64,000 nt of DNA from an uncultured Verrucomicrobiae bacterium (GCA_963836755.1 CAWIKF010000002.1:1152001-1216000); one strand, 5' to 3'. Shown: positions 1 to 10,547, numbered from the stretch's first letter. A program made the numbers and translations. Notes: generated from the sequence alone by a model not told the origin.

Positions 1-786
1 TATCTGCGCAAAATCGAGCCGTCGCAGATCGCGAGCCTGCAGCTCATCGTGACCGGCGCGGAGAAATTGCCGGACGAACTCGCGGACGCTTTTGCCGCGC
101 GGTTCGGAAAAAAAGTCGAGCAGGGCTATGGCCTCACCGAGACGTCGCCAGTCGTCAGCGTGAACCTGCCGGAGCCAGCAATGGAGCGGGCTGGCGACGC
201 GGTGCAGCCGACGAGCCGCCTCGGTTCCGCGGGCAAACTTGCGCCAGGAATCGCCGCGGAAATCCGTGATCCGGAAACGGGCGCGCCGCTTTCGCTGCAC
301 GAAACTGGCATGCTTTGGGTGCGCGGCCCGAACATTTTCGAGGGATATCTCGACGATCCAAAACGGACTGCGGAAGTGCTCGTGGACGGCTGGTTTAAAA
401 CGGGCGATCTCGCGCGTTTCGACGAGGACGGTTTTCTTTACATCGAGGGACGGCTCTCCCGTTTTTCAAAAATCGGCGGCGAGATGGTCCCGCATGAAAC
501 GATCGAGGCGGCCGTGCGCGAAGCGCTCGCGCTCAGCTCGGATGAGCGGTCACTCGCGGTGACTGGCGTGCCGGATGAAGCGAAAGGCGAGGCGCTCGTG
601 TTGCTGGCGAACGTGGAAATCGACGCGGCTGATTTGCGCGCAAAGCTGATGGCAGCAGGGCTGGCGAACCTTTGGATCCCGCGCAAAATCCGGCGCGTGG
701 AGGCGATCCCGACGCTCGCCTCCGGCAAGCTGGACCTAAAAAAATGTCGCGAGCTCGCGATGGAATCGGCTGGAGATTCGGCGTGA
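1..786 (+). CDS. aas: AMP-binding acyl-ACP synthetase domain, Aas-like C-terminal part (5'-truncated by window edge)
   Basis: Frame open from base 1 (YLRKIEPSQ...VTGAEKL); adenylate-forming motifs QGYGLTETSP, GWFKTGD, GRLSRFSKIGGEMV, LASGKLD. Confidence 0.8.
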   Translation, partial: YLRKIEPSQIASLQLIVTGAEKLPDELADAFAARFGKKVEQGYGLTETSPVVSVNLPEPAMERAGDAVQPTSRLGSAGKLAPGIAAEIRDPETGAPLSLHETGMLWVRGPNIFEGYLDDPKRTAEVLVDGWFKTGDLARFDEDGFLYIEGRLSRFSKIGGEMVPHETIEAAVREALALSSDERSLAVTGVPDEAKGEALVLLANVEIDAADLRAKLMAAGLANLWIPRKIRRVEAIPTLASGKLDLKKCRELAMESAGDSA

Positions 787-824
787 TCTGGATAAATCTC
801 GCGGTTTTGTAAAACCCAACACCC

Positions 825-1373
825 GTGAAAACAACCCTAACTCTTTTCATTTCCGCAATCGCCGCCATGGCTCTTTGCGGATGCCAGATGTTCGAGCAAT
901 CGCGCTCCTGGAGCGTGATCATGCACTCGCGCCAATGGTTCCGCGCCAACGATCCGCAGGGGCTCAATTACGCGCATTCGCTGCAGCGCCAGCTCGCCGC
1001 GAATGGCGTCGAGGCGCATGTGGTGACTTTCCGCTACGGCGGCGGCGGCGCTTTCACACGGAGTGCGGTTGTTTATAAAAATGAAAAGACGCCGCACCTC
1101 CCGTGGTGGCTGATGGACTCGACGCTCGCGCGTCCGGTCTGGCTGCCGAATGGGACGCTCGAGCGGCAGATTCGCTTTGCCGAGGAATTGCCCGCGGTTG
1201 AGATCATCGGCGCTGAGAACACAACCCCGATCACCTCGCCGAATCGCGAATTTGCTGCATGGACGGCAACCGATTGGGATCAACTTTTCCAGCGCAGAAA
1301 CGGCACCTCCTTTGATCCACAAAGCTCGGCCGACCGCGAAAAAATGGCGGAGCTGAAACAATCGCGCCAGTGA
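825..1373 (+). CDS. hypothetical lipoprotein
   Basis: 182-aa ORF, GTG start, hydrophobic signal with lipobox-like LCGC. Confidence 0.65.
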   Translation: MKTTLTLFISAIAAMALCGCQMFEQSRSWSVIMHSRQWFRANDPQGLNYAHSLQRQLAANGVEAHVVTFRYGGGGAFTRSAVVYKNEKTPHLPWWLMDSTLARPVWLPNGTLERQIRFAEELPAVEIIGAENTTPITSPNREFAAWTATDWDQLFQRRNGTSFDPQSSADREKMAELKQSRQ

Positions 1374-1419
1374 TTTTCGCGCGCGCAGCGGATGGCGCGG
1401 CGGAAAATGGGGGGAGACG

Positions 1420-2706
1420 ATGGAGCTGCTGAAATTCCTCACGCCCGAGCAGGCCGAGGCGGCGCGCGCGGCCTTCGGCACGCCGCTTTACATTTACGAT
1501 GAGAGGACTTTGATCGCGCAGGCTCGCCGCGCGCTGAGTTTTCCGCACGCGTTCGGCCTCACGGTTCGCTACGCGATGAAAGCGGCGCCGAACGCGGCTG
1601 TTCTACAATTATTCGCCCAGTGCGGTTTGCACTTTGACGCCAGCTCCGGTCACGAATGCTGGAGGGCGTTGCGCGCGGGCATTCCTGCGGAAAAAATTTC
1701 GCTCAGCACGCAGGAACTTCCCGCAGATTTTGCCGAGCTCCATGCGCGCGGCATTCGCTTCAATGCCTGCTCGCTCAGCCAGCTCGTCGAGTTTGGCGAA
1801 AAGTTTTCCGGCAGCGACACCGGCATCCGTTTCAATCCCGGCATCGGCTCCGGCGGCACCGTTAAAACAAACGTCGGCGGGCCGGCGTCGAGCTTCGGCA
1901 TCTGGCATGAATGGCTGCCGCGCGTGCAGGCGATCGTCGCCCGCCACCACCTGCGCGTCGTCCGCATTCACACGCACATCGGCTCCGGCACCGACCCTGC
2001 GGTCTGGCAGCGCGTCGCGCACTTGAGCCTCGGCATCGTCCGTCAATTTCCGGCGGCGACGACGCTGAATCTCGGCGGCGGTTTCAAAGTCGCGCGCATG
2101 AGCTATGAGCACGCAACCGATCTGCAGGAAATCGGTGCACCGGTGCGCGCGGCGCTGGAGGCTTTGCACGCGGAGACCGGCCGCGCGATTCATCTCGAGA
2201 TTGAGCCGGGAACTTTCCTGCTCGCAAACTCCGGGGCGCTCGTGACGACGGTGCGGGATATCGTCCACACCGGCGAGGACGGCTATCATTTTTTAAAACT
2301 CGACACAGGCATGACGGAAATCCTCCGCCCGTCGCTCTACGCCTCGCAGCACCCGCTCATCGTGCTGCCGCATCGCTCTGTTGGCAAAATCGTCCCGTAT
2401 GTCGCGGTCGGACATTGCTGCGAATCGGGCGATCTGCTCACGCCCGCGCCGGAGCATCACGAGGTGCTCAGCGTGCGCGAATTGCCTGAAGCGCAGATTG
2501 GCGATCTCTGCGTCATCGAGGGAGCGGGCGCGTATTGCGCGGCGATGTCGGCGAAAAACTACAACTCGTTTCCCGAGGCGCCCGAGGTGCTTTTGCGCGA
2601 AAACGGCGAGCTTCGCCTGATCCGGCGCCGCCAGACTCTCGATCAAATTTTGCAAAACGAACTGCCGCTCGAGCCAACTTTCGAATCCGATGGGAAAATC
2701 GATTAA
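1420..2706 (+). CDS. lysA: diaminopimelate decarboxylase
   Basis: PLP Lys motif YAMKA, HTHIGS, NLGGGF, EPG, GHCCESGD, GAYC; GGAG upstream of ATG. Confidence 0.9.
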   Translation: MELLKFLTPEQAEAARAAFGTPLYIYDERTLIAQARRALSFPHAFGLTVRYAMKAAPNAAVLQLFAQCGLHFDASSGHECWRALRAGIPAEKISLSTQELPADFAELHARGIRFNACSLSQLVEFGEKFSGSDTGIRFNPGIGSGGTVKTNVGGPASSFGIWHEWLPRVQAIVARHHLRVVRIHTHIGSGTDPAVWQRVAHLSLGIVRQFPAATTLNLGGGFKVARMSYEHATDLQEIGAPVRAALEALHAETGRAIHLEIEPGTFLLANSGALVTTVRDIVHTGEDGYHFLKLDTGMTEILRPSLYASQHPLIVLPHRSVGKIVPYVAVGHCCESGDLLTPAPEHHEVLSVRELPEAQIGDLCVIEGAGAYCAAMSAKNYNSFPEAPEVLLRENGELRLIRRRQTLDQILQNELPLEPTFESDGKID

Positions 2707-3169
2707 CGTCCCGGTCTTCGCGCTCGATGAAGCATTCGGTTGGGACGATCTCGAGGATGCGATCACTGGCTCTGTCGAATACCAATCCACCCACCGCGGC
2801 ATCGTGCTGCCGGTGATGTTTTTTTGCCCAATGACCACGCCGGAAAACCTCGACGCATGGGAGCCGATGAAGGAATTTCCCGAGGACCTCTTCATCGTTT
2901 CCATCGAGCGGACGATGGATGACCGGATCCTGCGCGCGCTGCGTGCGGCGGAGCCGGTGATCGGAGTCACCGCACTCGCTGCCGAGTTTCCGGCAGTGAA
3001 GGTGAACGAAGACCTGCCGATCAGCGACGTCTATCACCAGATGCTCAAAGCAAACGTCGTGTCATTCGCAATGCCGCTGCCACACAAGGATGATCCCTCG
3101 TTCTTCTTGTTACAAGGATGGGACGCCGTGAATGCTTTCAACGAAGAGTTCAGCCGTCTGGAGAAGTAA
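2690..3169 (+). CDS. hypothetical protein
   Basis: 159-aa acidic ORF overlapping the lysA stop; C-terminal half weakly CBS-like (VKVNEDLPISDVYHQM). Confidence 0.6.
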   Translation: MGKSINVPVFALDEAFGWDDLEDAITGSVEYQSTHRGIVLPVMFFCPMTTPENLDAWEPMKEFPEDLFIVSIERTMDDRILRALRAAEPVIGVTALAAEFPAVKVNEDLPISDVYHQMLKANVVSFAMPLPHKDDPSFFLLQGWDAVNAFNEEFSRLEK

Positions 3170-3258
3170 ACGGGACAAAAGTGTTTGGAAAAATCTTCTG
3201 CTGGCAAAGGCGAGGACTTTGACGCTAAGGCAATGCGCGTGACGCATTTGTTTTTCCC

Positions 3259-4968
3259 ATGGGTATTGCGAGCCAGTCGATTTCGGTGACGTCTCCAGCG
3301 CCCGCGCGGCCGAGGTTTTACGCGCGGGAGAATGTGCAGTGGGCATTTTTTTTTACCGGCCTTTTCGTGCTGCGGGTGCTCGCGGCGCGTTCGGTGCAGC
3401 TGGATTCGGATGAGCCGCAGCATCTGCACGTGGTTTGGGCGTGGGCGAATGGCCTGCTGCAATATCGCGATGTCTTTGACAATCACGCGCCGTTTTTCCA
3501 GATGCTTTGTGCACCGCTTTTCCGGCTGTTCGGCGAGCGGGCGGATATTTATTTCCCGATGCGGCTGGCGATGCTGCCGCTTTTCGCGGTCTGTCTTTGG
3601 TGCGTCTATAAAATGGGGACGACGATTGCGACGCCGCGCATCGCGATTTGGACGGCCCTTTTTGCCGGGTTTGAGCCGACGTTCTTTTTCAAGTCGAACG
3701 AATTTCGCACGGACGATCTGTGGGCGGCGCTTTGGCTGCTCGGGCTCGTCCTGCTGGTTTGCCGGCCGCTGAACAAAGCGCGCGCCTTCTGGTTCGGCGT
3801 CGTGCTCGGAATGTGTTTTTCCACCTCGCTGAAAACAGTGCTGCTCACCGTGACGCTTCTCGGCGCTGGCTCGGTGGTCGTGGCTTTTCGCATCGCTTTT
3901 CGGCAGCCGCTCGATGTGCGAAAGCATTGCGCGCACGCCGCGCTGGCGCTGCTCGGGGCGGTCATCGTGCCCGGTGCCCTCATTCTTTTTTTCGCGTGGC
4001 ATCATGCGCTTCGGGAAATGTATTACGGCACGGTTCAGCACAATGTTGTGCCGGGCTTGAAGCGCTGGGGACATTTTCGTGCGCATTTGCTTTGGTTCCC
4101 GTGCTCGATCCCGCCGTTGCTCGCGGCGACGTATTTTCTTTTTCGCCATTCTGCCTCGGCGGCAATCGCCTCCCGTCGTGCGCTGCTTTTGATTTCGCCC
4201 ATCTTTTACATCACGGCGCTTTACAGTTACTGGCCTGATATCACCGTCGAGGATTTCATTCCGTTCGTGCCGCTCGCGGCACTGATCGTGGTGCCGACGG
4301 CCTTCGCGCTCGGACGTTGGATCGAAGTGCGCACGCGCATTTCGCTGCGGGCACTGCCGGTGATGGTGGCGGTGCTCGAGGCGGCGTGTCTTTGCAAGAT
4401 GCGCCCGTGGCACAAACGCGCGCAATACGATATGAAGTGGTTCGCCGACGTGCTCGCGCTGACGAAGCCGGGCGAATACGTGATGGATGCAAAGGCCGGC
4501 GCGATCTTCCGGCCACGGCCTTATTATTACGTCATCGAGACAATCTCGCGGATGCGCTTGAGCAAAGGATTGCTGGTGGATAATCGTGCGGAGCGGATGG
4601 CTGCGACGCGCACAGCGATCGCGAATACCAACGGGCTGACGGGATTTTCGCACGACTTCATCGACGAAAACTACATCGACATTTCCCCCGGAGAAAATCT
4701 CTGCATTGCTGGGAAAATGTTGACGCCGAAGGAGCCGGGCGGCCGTGAATACGACTTCAACGTCGCGATTCCCCAGCGTTATACAATGTGGGATGCGGCC
4801 GGATTTGTTCCTGGCACACTCGACGGCACACCGCTCGTGAAGGATCGCGATCTTGCCGTCGGGGCGCACGTGTTTATGCGCGACAGCGGGACGGGCCGCA
4901 TCGCGCTCTACTGGTCGCGCGCTGCGGAGAAAGGCTATTTGCCGCCATTCAATGCGAGCCGGAAATGA
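3259..4968 (+). CDS. GT-C-type (ArnT/PMT-like) integral membrane glycosyltransferase
   Basis: Many TM segments; first loop DSDEPQH..W....G...YRDVFDNHAP; EFRTDD motif. Confidence 0.75.
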   Translation: MGIASQSISVTSPAPARPRFYARENVQWAFFFTGLFVLRVLAARSVQLDSDEPQHLHVVWAWANGLLQYRDVFDNHAPFFQMLCAPLFRLFGERADIYFPMRLAMLPLFAVCLWCVYKMGTTIATPRIAIWTALFAGFEPTFFFKSNEFRTDDLWAALWLLGLVLLVCRPLNKARAFWFGVVLGMCFSTSLKTVLLTVTLLGAGSVVVAFRIAFRQPLDVRKHCAHAALALLGAVIVPGALILFFAWHHALREMYYGTVQHNVVPGLKRWGHFRAHLLWFPCSIPPLLAATYFLFRHSASAAIASRRALLLISPIFYITALYSYWPDITVEDFIPFVPLAALIVVPTAFALGRWIEVRTRISLRALPVMVAVLEAACLCKMRPWHKRAQYDMKWFADVLALTKPGEYVMDAKAGAIFRPRPYYYVIETISRMRLSKGLLVDNRAERMAATRTAIANTNGLTGFSHDFIDENYIDISPGENLCIAGKMLTPKEPGGREYDFNVAIPQRYTMWDAAGFVPGTLDGTPLVKDRDLAVGAHVFMRDSGTGRIALYWSRAAEKGYLPPFNASRK

Positions 4969-5024
4969 TCTGGGCTTTGCGTCGTTCTTGCAATTTCGGG
5001 GTGCAACACTTAATCGTTTGACCC

Positions 5025-5981
5025 ATGCGTTCCCCAGTTCTCCTCGCCATCGTTTCGACCTTTCTCGGACTACTTTTACCTCATGCGAATGCGGCTTCGC
5101 CGAAGAAGCTTTTGGTGGTCACGACGACCACCGGGTTCAGGCACAGCTGCATTCCACTTTCCGAAAAGATATTGACCCAACTTGCCGAAAAGAGCGGCGA
5201 GTTCACGTTGGATTTTGTCGACCAGCCGCCAGGCAAACCGAATCCGCCGAAAAAAGTCGCGCCGCTAAAATCCGACGCGACTGAGGCGGAGAAAACCGCT
5301 TACGCCGCGGCGCAAGAAAGTTTTAAGACAAAGCAGGAGAGCTACGAGACGGCTGAGAAGGCATGGGACGAAAAGCTAAAGCAGGCATTGGAGAAGCTCA
5401 GTCCCGAATCGCTGAAGAACTATGATGGGGTGGTCTTTGACAGCACCACGGGCGATTTGCCAATTCCCGACAAGCAAGGGTTCTTGGACTGGATCAAGGC
5501 GGGGCACGCTTTCATCGGTATCCATTCAGCGGGCGATACGTTCCACGGCTGGCCCGGTTACATTGAGATGTTAGGTGCCGAGTTTAACCGCCACGGAGCG
5601 CAAGTCGGCTTCGAATGCATCGTCAAAGACCGACACCATCCAGCAACCGCGAACCTTGCAGCGACATGGGTCATTCAACAGGAAGAGGCTTATACGTTTA
5701 AAAATTACGATGCGTCGAAAGTTCACGAACTGCTCGTGCTCGACCATAATGCCAATGACAAGACGCCCGGAAACTTTCCGATGAGCTGGTGCAAAGACTA
5801 CGGCAAAGGAAAAGTTTTTTATACCGCACTTGGTCACCGCGAAGACCTCTGGGACAGCGACCCATCCATCAAGGATCGCAAGAATTCAGTGGAACTCAGC
5901 AAAGCCTTTCAAGCTCACGTTCTCGGCGGCATTGAATGGGCGCTGGGATTGAAGCCAGGCGATGCAACTCCGCAGAAGTAA
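5025..5981 (+). CDS. secreted ThuA-like domain protein
   Basis: Signal peptide; TTGFRHSCIP, GFIGIHS-like segment, GKGKVFYTALGH. Confidence 0.8.
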   Translation: MRSPVLLAIVSTFLGLLLPHANAASPKKLLVVTTTTGFRHSCIPLSEKILTQLAEKSGEFTLDFVDQPPGKPNPPKKVAPLKSDATEAEKTAYAAAQESFKTKQESYETAEKAWDEKLKQALEKLSPESLKNYDGVVFDSTTGDLPIPDKQGFLDWIKAGHAFIGIHSAGDTFHGWPGYIEMLGAEFNRHGAQVGFECIVKDRHHPATANLAATWVIQQEEAYTFKNYDASKVHELLVLDHNANDKTPGNFPMSWCKDYGKGKVFYTALGHREDLWDSDPSIKDRKNSVELSKAFQAHVLGGIEWALGLKPGDATPQK

Positions 5982-5990
5982 GGAGAGACT

Positions 5991-8630
5991 TTACTGGCTG
6001 GAGTAGTCGGGTGCGGTGGTGGAAGAGACGAGCTTCGATGGCTCGAGAACTTGCACCTCGGCGATGGACCATGGCTTATCTTTAATGGAACCTGTCTGGA
6101 TGATGCGAATGAGTTTGGCCCTGGCAGGAGTGAAAGGAATCTGCGTAATCCTGCCCGCACCTTTCCCTTCTGCCACCTTCTTCCAGCTTTTCCCATCGGT
6201 CGAAAGTTCTACTCTATATCCGCGTGGGTAGTCGGTGCTGTTGGAAGCATCGAGAGTCAATCCAGCGAGCAAGGTTGGCTGAGGTATCTCGATCCGGAGC
6301 CATTGACCCGGCGTTTGCGGAACTCCCGACGAGTAGCGTGTATGACTGTTTGCATCTACCGCAAGGGGAGCTTTCTCTGGATGAAGGCTCGCAGTGACTT
6401 TCCATTCCGACTGGTTGGAGAGTGGCTGCGGAACGATGTTCATTAATTCACTCAATGTCCAAGGTTGCGTTCTGCCCTTGATCGTCTGGCGCACTTGATC
6501 AACTTGCGCCGGAGTTACTACCCCGGAACTATTGCCGAAGCTATTGCGAACCAAGGAGGCGATCGACGCGATCCATTCATCGGTGTTACCACCCATCGGC
6601 GGCATTTGCGCATCATAGGTCTTGCCATGCATAGGGCCAGCGACACCATTCAGCAGCACCGAGACCATGCCTTGATACGGACCCTGCACGGTGGAGGATC
6701 CGGCCAAAGGTGGTGCAAGAGTAGTGCCCGACGGCTGGCCATCGATCGGCGCGCCCATCCCATCGACGCCATGACAGGCAAAGCACAACTGCTGAAATAT
6801 CACCTGTCCTTTTTGAAGCAGCTTGATTTCATTCCCCGCATATACGTGGGTATCGAAAGACTTCGGAGTGTAGAGTAACAGGTTGCCGATCTCCTTGACT
6901 CCCTTGGAAGTGCTGAACGCAATCGTGGCGGGAGCGGTGCGCTGCCAATCCGGCCACTTCAATACTTTGGAAGTTCCGATTGTTTGCAGCACTACGCCAG
7001 GATCGGGATCTTTCGCGAGCGCCATGATATCCGGCTTGAGTGTTTGATCCCCGCTTTTGATCAGAGACTCGCTCACGCGGATAGCTGTCGCGCGAACTTC
7101 AGGATTTTGATCCTTGAACTTTTCGCGCACGAGCCCTGCATCCAGCGCGTCCAGACCTTCGAGCGTCCAGAGCGCATGAATGCGGGTGAGATAGTTCGGA
7201 CTCGTCCGCGCCATCTGCGCCAGCTCGGGGGCTACCGACTTATCGCGGTGTAAAACGATCAGCTTTTGAGCCTGGTCCCGCCACCAGCCATTGGGATGAT
7301 CGAGATGCTTGACGAGTTGGGCGGGAGTTTCATCCAGCATGTGTGGCTGAGGGCCTGGCGCATAGTCCTTATGCACCAACCGCCAGATGCGTCCTCGGCC
7401 GACATTCTTATCGAAGCCGTATTGTTGCACGACTTTGCGCAAGTAGGAACCTTCACGCACCCAGTTTCCTTCCTGAATGATGCCGCGATACATATCCACG
7501 ATATAGATGCAGCCGTCAGGACCGTTAGCCGCCCAGATCGGCCGAAAGTAGGGATCGGTGGATCGTATGAATTCCGTGTGATGGGCCTCGTAGGGATTGC
7601 TAATGGTCGTGATGCCGTCTTTTACTGCTACTTTCGCGCGTCGGATGAGGCGACCGACAGGTTCCGGTAACAAAACGTCACCGCGCAGATCCTCCGGCAA
7701 ACGATCCACGCGCACTACTTCCTGTCCGCCACAACCTGTGAAATGGTTCAAAGTCTTATCGGGCTGGCGAACCCTGAGAAGACCTCCTTGAAAGTCGCCC
7801 ATGCCTATCGCGGGCCAGACTTCCATGAAACCCTTCTCCATTTGTTCCGGCACGTTGATGGCACCGTAAAGAATCGGCACTTGAAAGTTATAGATGCCTT
7901 TTTCCGCACCCGCATTAGACCACCACAGCTTCCCGATATTGTCCTGCGTAAGTCCCCATTGACCGCCATTCGACGGGGTCGGCTCACGCAGTGCGGTGCC
8001 ATCGGGAGCCATGCGCAGACGATAGGCGTTGTAGGTGGTGTAGAGCCAGTTATCCAACGCCCACATTAAGCCGCTCGGTTGATGCTCCATGTTTGCATCC
8101 AAGACCGTCCCTTTGAAAAATGGCACCACCGAATCTGAGATACCATCGCCATTGGTATCATTGTAGATGTTGAGATCGGTCGTGTTGGTAAGACCTATTA
8201 TCACTCTACCTTTGTCCAGCGGCAGCACCATTCGTGGCAGGAGAAGATTGCCAGCAAAGATGATGTGCTTGTCGAAATGCCCATCACCCTTGGTGTTCTC
8301 ATGGCGCGAGACGCGACTGATCGGAGCCATCTCATTGGTGCCGTCGATATCGTGCATATAACTGCGCATCTCGGCGACATACATGCGCCCGTTCCCATCA
8401 AAGACGCATTCAACCGGCTCCTGGATTTCCGGTTCGCTCATTACCAGTTCCATTCTGTAACCTTCAGGTAATTGGAAAGTCTTGAGCTCCTCTTCCGGCG
8501 ATAGCATCGGCGGTGTCGGTTGTGGCGGGAAAGTCAACGTCGGACCGCTTTGAGAAACCTCGGGCGCCGCAGCATAAGGCTGTGCCACGATACAACCGCC
8601 TAGCAAGACGGCCAGTAAGGTATGTTTCAA
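5991..8630 (-). CDS. PVC-type heme-binding CxxCH protein (sugar-dehydrogenase-like propeller, HEAT repeats, cytochrome c, C-terminal F5/8-type C domain)
   Basis: Signal peptide; LSPEEELKTFQLPEGY, FDGNGRMYVAEM, GPDGCIYIVDMY, GRIWR; HEAT-like RIHALWTLEGL; CFACHG and MPP; YPRGYRVELSTDGKSW. Confidence 0.85.
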   Translation of the reverse strand: MKHTLLAVLLGGCIVAQPYAAAPEVSQSGPTLTFPPQPTPPMLSPEEELKTFQLPEGYRMELVMSEPEIQEPVECVFDGNGRMYVAEMRSYMHDIDGTNEMAPISRVSRHENTKGDGHFDKHIIFAGNLLLPRMVLPLDKGRVIIGLTNTTDLNIYNDTNGDGISDSVVPFFKGTVLDANMEHQPSGLMWALDNWLYTTYNAYRLRMAPDGTALREPTPSNGGQWGLTQDNIGKLWWSNAGAEKGIYNFQVPILYGAINVPEQMEKGFMEVWPAIGMGDFQGGLLRVRQPDKTLNHFTGCGGQEVVRVDRLPEDLRGDVLLPEPVGRLIRRAKVAVKDGITTISNPYEAHHTEFIRSTDPYFRPIWAANGPDGCIYIVDMYRGIIQEGNWVREGSYLRKVVQQYGFDKNVGRGRIWRLVHKDYAPGPQPHMLDETPAQLVKHLDHPNGWWRDQAQKLIVLHRDKSVAPELAQMARTSPNYLTRIHALWTLEGLDALDAGLVREKFKDQNPEVRATAIRVSESLIKSGDQTLKPDIMALAKDPDPGVVLQTIGTSKVLKWPDWQRTAPATIAFSTSKGVKEIGNLLLYTPKSFDTHVYAGNEIKLLQKGQVIFQQLCFACHGVDGMGAPIDGQPSGTTLAPPLAGSSTVQGPYQGMVSVLLNGVAGPMHGKTYDAQMPPMGGNTDEWIASIASLVRNSFGNSSGVVTPAQVDQVRQTIKGRTQPWTLSELMNIVPQPLSNQSEWKVTASLHPEKAPLAVDANSHTRYSSGVPQTPGQWLRIEIPQPTLLAGLTLDASNSTDYPRGYRVELSTDGKSWKKVAEGKGAGRITQIPFTPARAKLIRIIQTGSIKDKPWSIAEVQVLEPSKLVSSTTAPDYSSQ

Positions 8631-8648
8631 TTTTTAGAGTAGGTTTGC

Positions 8649-10004
8649 CTAAAGTTCCGCCCCAGGCTGTGCAAGGGCGTCTTCGACATCGAGCTGCGCC
8701 GGCTTGTATCCGCCACGAGACTTGTCGTAAATCCATATCGCGCCGAAGACCAGCAGCAGGATTGCAGGCAAGATGGCTACGACGCGAAAGGAACTGCGCG
8801 AAGCAATCATCAGCACGTCATTAAGCTTCTCTCCACTCAACGATTTGAAAGCCTCATCGCCACCAGCGGCCGCGAGTTTTGCGTGATCGAAGACTTCTCC
8901 CATCTTGGGCAGGACAAAGTATATGGACAAAGTGCCCGCAGTTCCCATCAACCCCATCAACAATGCCCCACCACGCGGAAATCTTTCGGACGCAGCAGCC
9001 AGCATCGTCGGCCACATGTAGCACACGCCGGTGCCCCAAACGGTAGCTGCAAGAAGGCCAGTCGTTGGAGAGTTGGCAAAGCTTAAAGCAAGGAGACCTA
9101 GTGACGCGAGCAGACTGGAGATCCAGAGCAGACCTACTGGTGAAAACTTATGCGCAATCGGTCCGGCAAAATGTCGCATCACAAACATGATTCCACTGAC
9201 ATAGATCAGTAACCAGATTCCTTGCATGCCGACGGTGCGAGTAAGAGCCACGTCCACCCATTGTCCGGGAGCGAGTTCGGATGCGGCAGTCAAGAACATC
9301 GATAAAAACCAGAGAAGAAAGAAAGGATTGGCTACTTCTTTGAACATCGATGAAGTGGAGACACCGGCTGCGACGCGCTCGGTAGGTGGAAACTTCGTTC
9401 CAATCAACATGACTCCAAAGGTGATCGCTGGAACCAGCACGACGGAGAGCTTGCCCTGCCAGCCCAAGTTCATGTGACCGATTAGAAGTCCGATGAGTCC
9501 GCCCATCATCAAGCCGGCCGGCCACCATGCATGCAGCACATTGAGTCGATGAGTCTTCTCTTCGGGGTAAAGTGTAGCCGCCAGCGGATTGATAGTAGTC
9601 TCAACCAATCCCCAACCTATGCCTTGCAAACACATTCCGAGCCAGATCACACGATATGTAGACATAGCTGCGGCCAATTGTCCCACGAACAACACCGTCA
9701 AGGTGCCAGCCAGAAAGCAGGCACAAGCGATCGCGAGAACTCGCCCCATACCGATCGCATCAAGCAACGGACTGCCGATTGCTATTGAAACGGCAAAGCC
9801 CAGGAAAGCGACCCCCAGCACCGTTCCAACCATTCCAGCGGAGTTCAATGAATCGATTGGATCAAAAAAAATCGTCTTAATATCATTGGCAATGCTTGCG
9901 CGGATACTGGCCGCGATGCCAGCAGTCACCAGCGCGATGACACTTAGGATGAAAAGCTTGCTCTTGTTATATTCGGAGTGACGGTTTGGGCTGGGGGAGC
10001 GCAT
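8649..10004 (-). CDS. MFS transporter (fucose/glucose permease-like)
   Basis: About 12 TM helices; GLVETTINPL...YPEEKT..LNVLHAWWP. Confidence 0.85.
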   Translation of the reverse strand: MRSPSPNRHSEYNKSKLFILSVIALVTAGIAASIRASIANDIKTIFFDPIDSLNSAGMVGTVLGVAFLGFAVSIAIGSPLLDAIGMGRVLAIACACFLAGTLTVLFVGQLAAAMSTYRVIWLGMCLQGIGWGLVETTINPLAATLYPEEKTHRLNVLHAWWPAGLMMGGLIGLLIGHMNLGWQGKLSVVLVPAITFGVMLIGTKFPPTERVAAGVSTSSMFKEVANPFFLLWFLSMFLTAASELAPGQWVDVALTRTVGMQGIWLLIYVSGIMFVMRHFAGPIAHKFSPVGLLWISSLLASLGLLALSFANSPTTGLLAATVWGTGVCYMWPTMLAAASERFPRGGALLMGLMGTAGTLSIYFVLPKMGEVFDHAKLAAAGGDEAFKSLSGEKLNDVLMIASRSSFRVVAILPAILLLVFGAIWIYDKSRGGYKPAQLDVEDALAQPGAEL

Positions 10005-10031
10005 GGAGGTTTTTGGTTACTGAAACTAAAG

Positions 10032-10490
10032 TTACTTCACTGTCATTACTCCATGCATGCCTACAGTCGCATGCGCCGGGAAGGTGCAAATGTAGTCATA
10101 CGCGCCTGCTGCGGGCGCGGTAAAAGTCACGGACTGCGACTCGCCCGGTCCTGCCATTTTCGTATGAGCAATGACTTTGTCCGCCATTTCCGGCGCAATG
10201 TAGTCATCGGCGGCGTGCGACATGCCAGCCATCGCGAAAGCAGCGACATCGGTGCCGGGTTTCAGCAAGACGAAGTTATGAGCCATCGCGACTTTGGGAA
10301 GCTTGCCGACATTCGTAATGGTGAGGGTCACCTTTTGCTCGGGCACCACGTCGAAAGCGGTCACGTCGTATTTCATCTGGTCGTTGCCGCTGATGGTGAT
10401 TTTCTTTTCGTCGTCTGCAAAGGTTGGGCAGATGACGGAGGCAAAACCAAAAAGGAGGAGCAAGGTTGAAACGGGTCGTGTTATTTTCAT
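10032..10490 (-). CDS. azurin/auracyanin-family blue copper protein
   Basis: Signal peptide; GNDQMKY; type-1 Cu ligands MAHN and ICTFPAH...M. Confidence 0.9.
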   Translation of the reverse strand: MKITRPVSTLLLLFGFASVICPTFADDEKKITISGNDQMKYDVTAFDVVPEQKVTLTITNVGKLPKVAMAHNFVLLKPGTDVAAFAMAGMSHAADDYIAPEMADKVIAHTKMAGPGESQSVTFTAPAAGAYDYICTFPAHATVGMHGVMTVK

Positions 10491-10547
10491 CGGTAGGAAC
10501 TGGCTTTTATTTCTATGATGTGTTGCAGCGACGCAAGTGAGGCAGAG

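Noticed and set aside
3034..4869. 611-aa minus-strand ORF, and similar long ORFs such as 17815-18819, 19105-20325, 40399-41412 and 51053-52294
   Set aside because: Antisense shadows of well-supported GC-rich genes; R/H/D-rich and without recognisable motifs.
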